Origin: Rhodosorus marinus CCMP1338
Lineage: Eukaryota; Plantae; Rhodophyta
Assembly: GCA_029953675.1 (NCBI GenBank)
Contig: JAMWBK010000004.1
Span: 434,001 to 498,000 of the forward strand
Length of the DNA: 64,000 bases
Direction of reading: 5' to 3'
The notes beneath the pieces were generated by a model. That model did not search any database and had not been told where the DNA came from. It saw nothing but the letters and a program-made list of their open reading frames with translations. A program made the position numbers and the translations under genes. Position 1 is the first letter of the stretch. Each line of letters begins with the position of its first letter. Positions 58,051-64,000 of this stretch are shown piece by piece.

Positions 58051-58409
58051 CTTGTTGAGCCGAGGCTGCTGACGTCGAAACGTACCGGAGCCCGGGTCAA
58101 TCTACCGGAGACGTCGTGGCGACTCGGCTAGATATTTAACGGTCATTCGGAGATGAACCCCATTAGTTTTGGTAGCAATCAGTCCCAGTACATGACGAGG
58201 AAAATTGCGCGGGGGTGGACGGATACGAGGAAGGAGACGATCAAATGAATCTGGCAGAAGCAGAATTTGAGCAAGAACAATCTCTTAGTTTCGTGACGGC
58301 AAATGGGGAGACGTAGTAGGCACATATGCATTCCTGATCAGCTTCCAGTTGAGGCTGGAACTGACCTGTATCCAAAGGGAAACTCCTCCAAACGCTATTG
58401 ACCGTCAAA

Positions 58410-58812
58410 GACCTGCAAGAAAACGCGATTTTCTGCAAAGAATCATCTCAGGGCTTATTGTGAAAAGCAGTTGCTCATGTATTGCCTCGAGAACGTGGGC
58501 TACCAGCCTCCACCTTACTACATCACGTCTTCCGTTTACGACCAACAATGTTGTCAAAGGGGTGTCCGCCTTTCACAGCCTCCAAGAAGTCGGGGGTTTT
58601 TCTCTCCAGGATGTGTTTTCTCCTGCTGCATTCGTGGAAGGCGCCGCGCGGTGCGCTCTGCGGGTGATCCGTGGGCCGACCTCTGGAAACCGGTGTTCGA
58701 GACTCCAACCAAATCTCAGCTTAACAAAGTTCACCACTGCGGGTATAAGACTGATGGAAAACGGGTACCAAACCCCGGAGAGTCATTAGCAAGCGTTCCT
58801 GGTAGCAAGTGA
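58410..58812 (+). CDS. Possible terminal exon of an unresolved Cys-rich protein
   Basis: Open frame TCKKTRF...AYCEKQLLMYCLEN...QQCCQRG...GCVFSCCI...HHCGY...* after a candidate AG acceptor. No family recognised. Confidence 0.3.
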
Positions 58813-58843
58813 ACTATTATATTGAGAACAGATCCAACAAGAT

Positions 58844-59398
58844 ATGATTCGGATGTTGAGCCTGCGTGCTTTCCTGGCCGTTGGACTTGTGGCAGGCTTC
58901 GCTTATGCAGGAGAAACAGGCTTTCAAGAAGCTGCTTTTGACTATGAACTAGAGGATGCAGGCATTGCAGTTGATTACGAAAGCATCAACTGGGCCGCGA
59001 ACGAGCTCAGCGATGGTAGTGGTGATCGATCAGCATGGGACTTCGAGGGCTTGATCGATAAGTATGGACCTGACTATTTCACCGACAATCCGCCTCCTGG
59101 GAGTTTTCAGGGAGAGTATGATCGGTACAGCGGTGACTACGAGGGAGACTATGGCTACGACTCGGATGGTCTCAGTGGTGGTGCCATCGCGGGTATCGTG
59201 ATCGGCTCTGTGGTCGGCGCGGCACTTCTCGCTGGGCTTATGATCTTCGCTCTGAAAAGGAAGAGGAGGCGAAGAAGAGGAGAAGAGAAAACAGATGCAG
59301 AGACCGAGGAAGATGCCGAAAACTTGGAAGCGGACCACGGGGGAGAGTTTAAGGCCTACTACGACCGCTCAGGCCAGTGCACGTGTTGCTGCTGCTGA
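58844..59398 (+). CDS. Type I single-pass membrane protein, Tyr/Asp-rich ectodomain, C-terminal CTCCCC
   Basis: Signal peptide, GLSGGAIAGIVIGSVVGAALLAGLMIFAL TM, KRKRRRRR stop-transfer and a terminal Cys cluster. Confidence 0.88.
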   Translation: MIRMLSLRAFLAVGLVAGFAYAGETGFQEAAFDYELEDAGIAVDYESINWAANELSDGSGDRSAWDFEGLIDKYGPDYFTDNPPPGSFQGEYDRYSGDYEGDYGYDSDGLSGGAIAGIVIGSVVGAALLAGLMIFALKRKRRRRRGEEKTDAETEEDAENLEADHGGEFKAYYDRSGQCTCCCC

Positions 59399-60189
59399 GA
59401 TCTGAATAGAATCCGTCCCTACCTAGAAATAGCGCTTGTCGTACTTGAGGACCTAAATAGGAGTTCCAACTGACCAATTATGCGTCGAACGCCAAAAGTC
59501 GCCGGTGGCTTTTCCCAAGGGCCGTAGTCAAGCTAGCTTAGTTATTCAGCATAGTTCTACCGGACGGAGGGAAGAGGGAAGACAGTGCCGTGCCCTATCA
59601 CGAACGCTTGATCCTGCAATGACCTTGAGCATATATTTCAAAAATAAATTACAGAAATCTTGTTCAAAACGATTGAGCGCAGCTGCGGAACCGTTTTGTG
59701 ACTCGGTCCGTGACCGTAAATCGTCACCGAAGCAGATAGCCCGCCTTATGAACCTCAAGGTCAGCTAATAAGCTCGTCCGCTCATCCGTTTGTTCAATGT
59801 GAAGACACCTCGTCACTGGAAGGCATGTGCGCACCATGCTTTTATTTTTTTCTGGGGGAAAGGAGCATCCAAGACTAGAATCCACAGCTAAAAAGAAACG
59901 GGATTGTTTTATGTGCGGGCAAAGCAAAGTCTTGAACATAACCCCGGACTTTCGAAATCATCGCCGTTTCAAGGTCAATTTGGATAAATTCCAAAAGTCG
60001 GGGCGAAAATTTCACAAGGAAACAACGCGCCAGGCCTCGTTCCACTTGTCAAGGGCTAACAAACCCCTTTCCCGAGAAACGGATCGAATGCTATTGGGCT
60101 TAAGCCCGCCAGCTGCGGTTGTCAGTACAAAAGGGAGCAGATGATAAAATTTTCTGTATAGGGTAGATGTTTGCTGCTGGGTACGTTTT

Positions 60190-60270
60190 GCCGATGGAGA
60201 CCAACTCACCCTCGCCGATGGGGACCAACTAATCCTCGCCGATGGGGACCAACTAATCCTCGCCGATGGG
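60190..60270. repeat. 24-bp tandem repeat, about 3.4 copies
   Basis: GCCGATGG(A/G)GACCAACT(CA/AA)(C/T)CCTC at 60190, 60214, 60238 and a partial copy at 60262. Confidence 0.9.
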
Positions 60271-61407
60271 CGAACACCGACCTTCCAACTTGTCCAAGCT
60301 TACGCTACTTTCCACTCTTGACCGCTTCCACATTCCACAGTTGCAGCCGATTGTCGTATTTTAAGATACCTATTTCCCAAATAAGTTTAAAAGCCCACAA
60401 TAAATTAATATTATTCCATATTATTAAACCATGTGTTTCAGAAATAGATAAAAAATTACACACATCTACGAAACAGGGTCGCATAGCGGGGCCGACTGCT
60501 GACGTTTCTTGACCATATTTAAAGAAGAAAAAGGTTCTTCTCTCTACTTCAAAGTCAATATGACGTAAAAGAAGACAATATACTCAAAAATATTTCCAAA
60601 ATATTCTCATAAAATAAAGACCTGGACGTACAAAAATAGGAACTTTAATAATTTTAATTATTTCGAAGTATATTCGTGAATAAGATCCAACTATTCATAA
60701 TGTAGACTTTTCTTGTTGTGACAAATATATCGATTTAATTGTCTGGATTTTATTATATACGAACTTAATAACAAAAATAAAAAGAGGATGTTCATGAAAA
60801 TGTAGAATAAATTTATTTTATAGTAGGAAAAGCTTAGATTGTATTACGAGTTATTTTGAAATAATTGGATTTATAATATATTAAATAAGATGTTTTAATA
60901 GCTTGTATGACATGTAGTTGGTTTTAATAAAAGTCAATGGCTTGTGGATTGGCTTCCTAGCTTTGCTTAGCGTGGTTGGTGAGCCAACGGATTCCCTATT
61001 GCGATGGCAAACCGAAGTTGGATGTTGGCCTTTAGAGAAGGGGCTGGAGTCCCACGATGTACGGAGTAAATTTTAGATTTTAGATCGTCAACCGTGGAAT
61101 CAGGCTGATTCTGAAAGTCATGGGAGTTGAGAAAATCCTGTTAATTTTACGATTGTGATGGGATGGGGTTCAGATCTTCGAGTCATTTGTAAACGAGGGT
61201 TGGAATCACGGCCTTGAGAACCTTTGATCGCTTCAAGTCTGGAAGGGCGGCTTGTATGTCCGATGTTGAGAACACCGTGGTTCATTTGGCTTGATAGATG
61301 TGGGATGATGGGCATAAAAGGATCCCATCGAGTCAGCGGAGGATTGTCTGAGGAGTACAGGATGAAGTAGACCAGGACTTTAGAGAGAAAAGCAGAGAAA
61401 ATCGAAT

Positions 61408-61926
61408 ATGGCGATGACGAGTATCTTCACCCCGCTACTTCTTGGAGCCTTCCTGTTGGCGGTTGCCCTTGGTCATGGCGTGAGCGAAGAGTTCGATAAC
61501 AATCTCCAGCAAGTTGGAAAGTGGGCTAGCCATGTCGATGAGCGGGATAGTGCACAATCTCCGTACGGCAGATCCCCGTACTACAGCGAACGCAATGAAG
61601 ATTACGATGAGAGGTATCCGCAGTACGAAGGAAACTATGACTACAACTATGACGATGGCCTTGGTGCCGGTGCTATCGCTGGGATCGTAGTTGGTTCCGT
61701 GGTTGTTGTTGCCGGAATTGGAACCGGCCTCGCTTTCGGGCTCAAGAGAAGGAGGAAGAGGAGAAAGAACCAGGATATTGAAGATGGCGGCGACGACGAC
61801 CAATACCAGAGCAATAGGCCAGATCTCTGCTCGCTGAGCGATCTGTGCGGTTGTTCTCAGACCAACAACGAGGGCTACTACGATGACGATGGTAATTTTG
61901 TCGAGGATATTGAAGATAAGGTTTAG
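61408..61926 (+). CDS. Type I single-pass membrane protein, paralog of 58844-59398
   Basis: Signal peptide, YEGNYDYNYDDGLGAGAIAGIVVGSVV TM, KRRRKRRK and cytosolic LCSLSDLCGC. Confidence 0.88.
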   Translation: MAMTSIFTPLLLGAFLLAVALGHGVSEEFDNNLQQVGKWASHVDERDSAQSPYGRSPYYSERNEDYDERYPQYEGNYDYNYDDGLGAGAIAGIVVGSVVVVAGIGTGLAFGLKRRRKRRKNQDIEDGGDDDQYQSNRPDLCSLSDLCGCSQTNNEGYYDDDGNFVEDIEDKV

Positions 61927-63614
61927 AAGACCATCCCCAGTGCAGACTGAATAGAGCCTCTGCTGAGGGTCCCTATTATCTCCAGGCTCATATCAAACCA
62001 ACTGATTATGACTTAGTAAAGCTATAACTAGTATCAAGCAAAACCTGAAGTCCATCCAAAACTGTGACATAGTGCCTAACACTAGGGGACTGCAGAATCA
62101 CCACAGCGAACTGTTCACTGAGAAATAGAAGCCGGGAGCTCGAATTGAGCTCTCGACCCTCAGTTTTCATGGGATATTGCCCAGCGCTGTCTTCAGATTC
62201 GCGAGAGCGACATGAGCATTGATAACCAACAGTCCCGTAACCCGCGAGCTTATTCCCCTGAGTCCCTTACCAGCGCTGCTTGGATAGCCCCGCTACTAGC
62301 GAGGTGATTCAGTTGGTGGTGAATGCGACGGGAAAAAAAACACGTGCGCTTCAGTAGCAACAAGTCTCTCACCACGTCAAGTTGTCTCCCTACCTTCTCG
62401 AATAGGTTAAATTCCTTCCTAAAGCTACAATCGCTTGGTGGAAGTGCAAAAGGTTAAAGGTCGGGAGTGAATGAGCCCGGAGGAGGTAAAAGCTCTTTCT
62501 TTGGCCTGAAACAAGAATTTGGCGGACGAAAAACGTATCATGCTGGGATTCTCTGATAATAATTCTATTCTTTCCAGTATAGCAGACCACGCGAAGTCGT
62601 GCTGCCGATTCCAGGAACCGCGGATTTTTGGTGTAGCTGCATTCTTGCCGGTATTGGTCTCCAGAAAACCACAACCCCAACACGTAAGACGACAGAAGCA
62701 TCCTCCCTTGAATCACTACGACTGTGGAACCAATAAATGCTGAAGGAGACGCGGAATTATTCCGATTGTTCTTGCCCATCGCGGCGGTTGAACCTCACTA
62801 CCAGATTCTTTTTTTTCGTACTGATTTCGACGAATGTAGCCCTCTGGCAGCCCTGGGATGGCCCTTTCACTTTCTAAATATCCCCCACGGACTTCACACA
62901 CTGCAGACGACCAGACGGCTCTCTGCGTCGGTAGGCGCAGGCGCGATGCACCCTAGTCTACCGCCCATCCGTGTGCGAGCCCGAAAATCGAACGCGAAAA
63001 TCGAACGCCACGGCATCATATTCTACGATCCCTATAAACGAAAAAACCAGATTGTTTATTTCCCAAAACAATATTCCACTCAACGCAGAGATTTAAAAGA
63101 ACAAATAAATTATATCAGAACGTTCTTCCAATCTCTAAAGTTTATTGGCTGCGGCAGACCTAACCCAATTACAAACCAGAAGTCATAAAATATATCTAAT
63201 TATTAGTGAAAGATCTATTAATAAGGGTAGAAAAATAGAAATATAATATCAGATATCAATTATTGTATTTACGAAGAAAATAAACCGAAGAGTATTTTGG
63301 CTGACACTATGTTTTTTAGAAATATTGGAATTTTGGATGAGATTTTTTTTTTGCTTAGGGTTTGCCCTGGAAGAGAGAGCACCATGATGAGGATGAGGAA
63401 GGATTGGACTGAGTTCCAGGGCATGAGACAGAAATCATATTATGGAGCAGAAGCATGTAATGAGATAGACAGTGAGTAATAGAGTTGATAAGGAGTGAAT
63501 GGTGACGTATATAGCCTATGCGTCGGATCGTGGTGTGGGGGTGGGAGATTTGGAAGGGAGTAGGTCTTTGTGGGGCCTGTAGAAAGGAAAAAGGATCCGC
63601 GCGGTGGGGGGGAT

Positions 63615-64000
63615 ATGGGGACGGTACTGATCTTGATAGCCGTACTGGCATTGTATGTGAATCGCTGCCATGGGAGTGCGGGCGTACGAGATCGTGATTT
63701 GCTGTGGCCTGAGCAAGTGTTCTTTGAGTTCGACGAGACCATTGACTTCGTCGTTGGGGTCGTGGTGCACAAGGCGATACGGAAGTTTGAGTCGGCGACT
63801 TGCAGGGAGTTCATCTACGACACGGAAAAACTGAATCGCATAAAATTTGTTCTGGACAAGGACAGGTGCTTCCAGACCAAGGTTGGTTACCGTAGTAGGG
63901 TTCACAAAGTCTATATTCATCCAGAGTGCACCGAAGAAGAAGACAGAATCGGAACCTTCACCCACCAAGTCATTCACGAGCTTGGACATGCTCTTGGACT
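63615..64000 (+). CDS. Secreted astacin-like (M12A) zinc metalloprotease, 3' end beyond the window
   Basis: Manual translation MGTVLILIAVLALYVNRCHG...LLWPEQVFFEFDE...KAIRKFESATCREF...RCFQTKVGY...C...VIHELGHALG (HExxHxxG). Not listed in the ORF track because it has no stop in the window. Confidence 0.9.
   Translation, partial: MGTVLILIAVLALYVNRCHGSAGVRDRDLLWPEQVFFEFDETIDFVVGVVVHKAIRKFESATCREFIYDTEKLNRIKFVLDKDRCFQTKVGYRSRVHKVYIHPECTEEEDRIGTFTHQVIHELGHALG

Noticed and set aside
1850-60270. CRISPR-like arrays among the short repeats (1850-1996, 29404-29541, 60190-60270)
   Set aside because: No constant repeat with unique spacers and no cas genes.
62130-62165. tRNA-like stem (GAGCTC-GAATT-GAGCTC)
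   Set aside because: No cloverleaf or D/anticodon arms.
63516-63989. 157-aa minus-strand ORF
   Set aside because: Antisense shadow of the astacin gene.
1-64000. Prokaryotic origin suggested by TerC, CpcT, IDH and RTX repeats
   Set aside because: Spliceosomal introns, transit peptides, ATR, DDX46 and GPCR show a eukaryotic nuclear locus.

Overview
Eukaryotic nuclear DNA, most likely a red alga. The evidence is short GT-AG introns with CTAAC-type branch points, MAFV/MGFV-type plastid transit peptides and a nucleus-encoded CpcT/CpeT bilin lyase. The window has three zones. (1) 1-15.1 kb is a transposon nest: a decayed Ty3/gypsy gag-protease with an inverted partial copy, and about ten fragments of CRE/R2-like non-LTR retroelements (RT plus restriction-like endonuclease). 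Embedded in it are an intronless secreted protein with RTX-type Ca-binding repeats and a spliced GEX1/KAR5-family nuclear-fusion gene. (2) 15.6-48.3 kb is a compact housekeeping block: ATR kinase, UBA plus CYLD-like deubiquitinase, plastid TerC, Prp5/DDX46 helicase, OCA6-like phosphatase, GCR1/cAR-type GPCR, NAD-IDH catalytic subunit and CpcT. It also holds two long DNA hairpins and an ACACGCGT motif cluster. (3) 53-64 kb is an all-plus-strand array of extracellular genes: two charge-opposite Cys-rich secreted paralogs, two Tyr/Asp-rich single-pass membrane paralogs, and an astacin metalloprotease that runs off the window and is absent from the ORF track. No rRNA, tRNA or CRISPR array was found. 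All family calls are by motif recognition only; no database search was run, and multi-exon boundaries are approximate.
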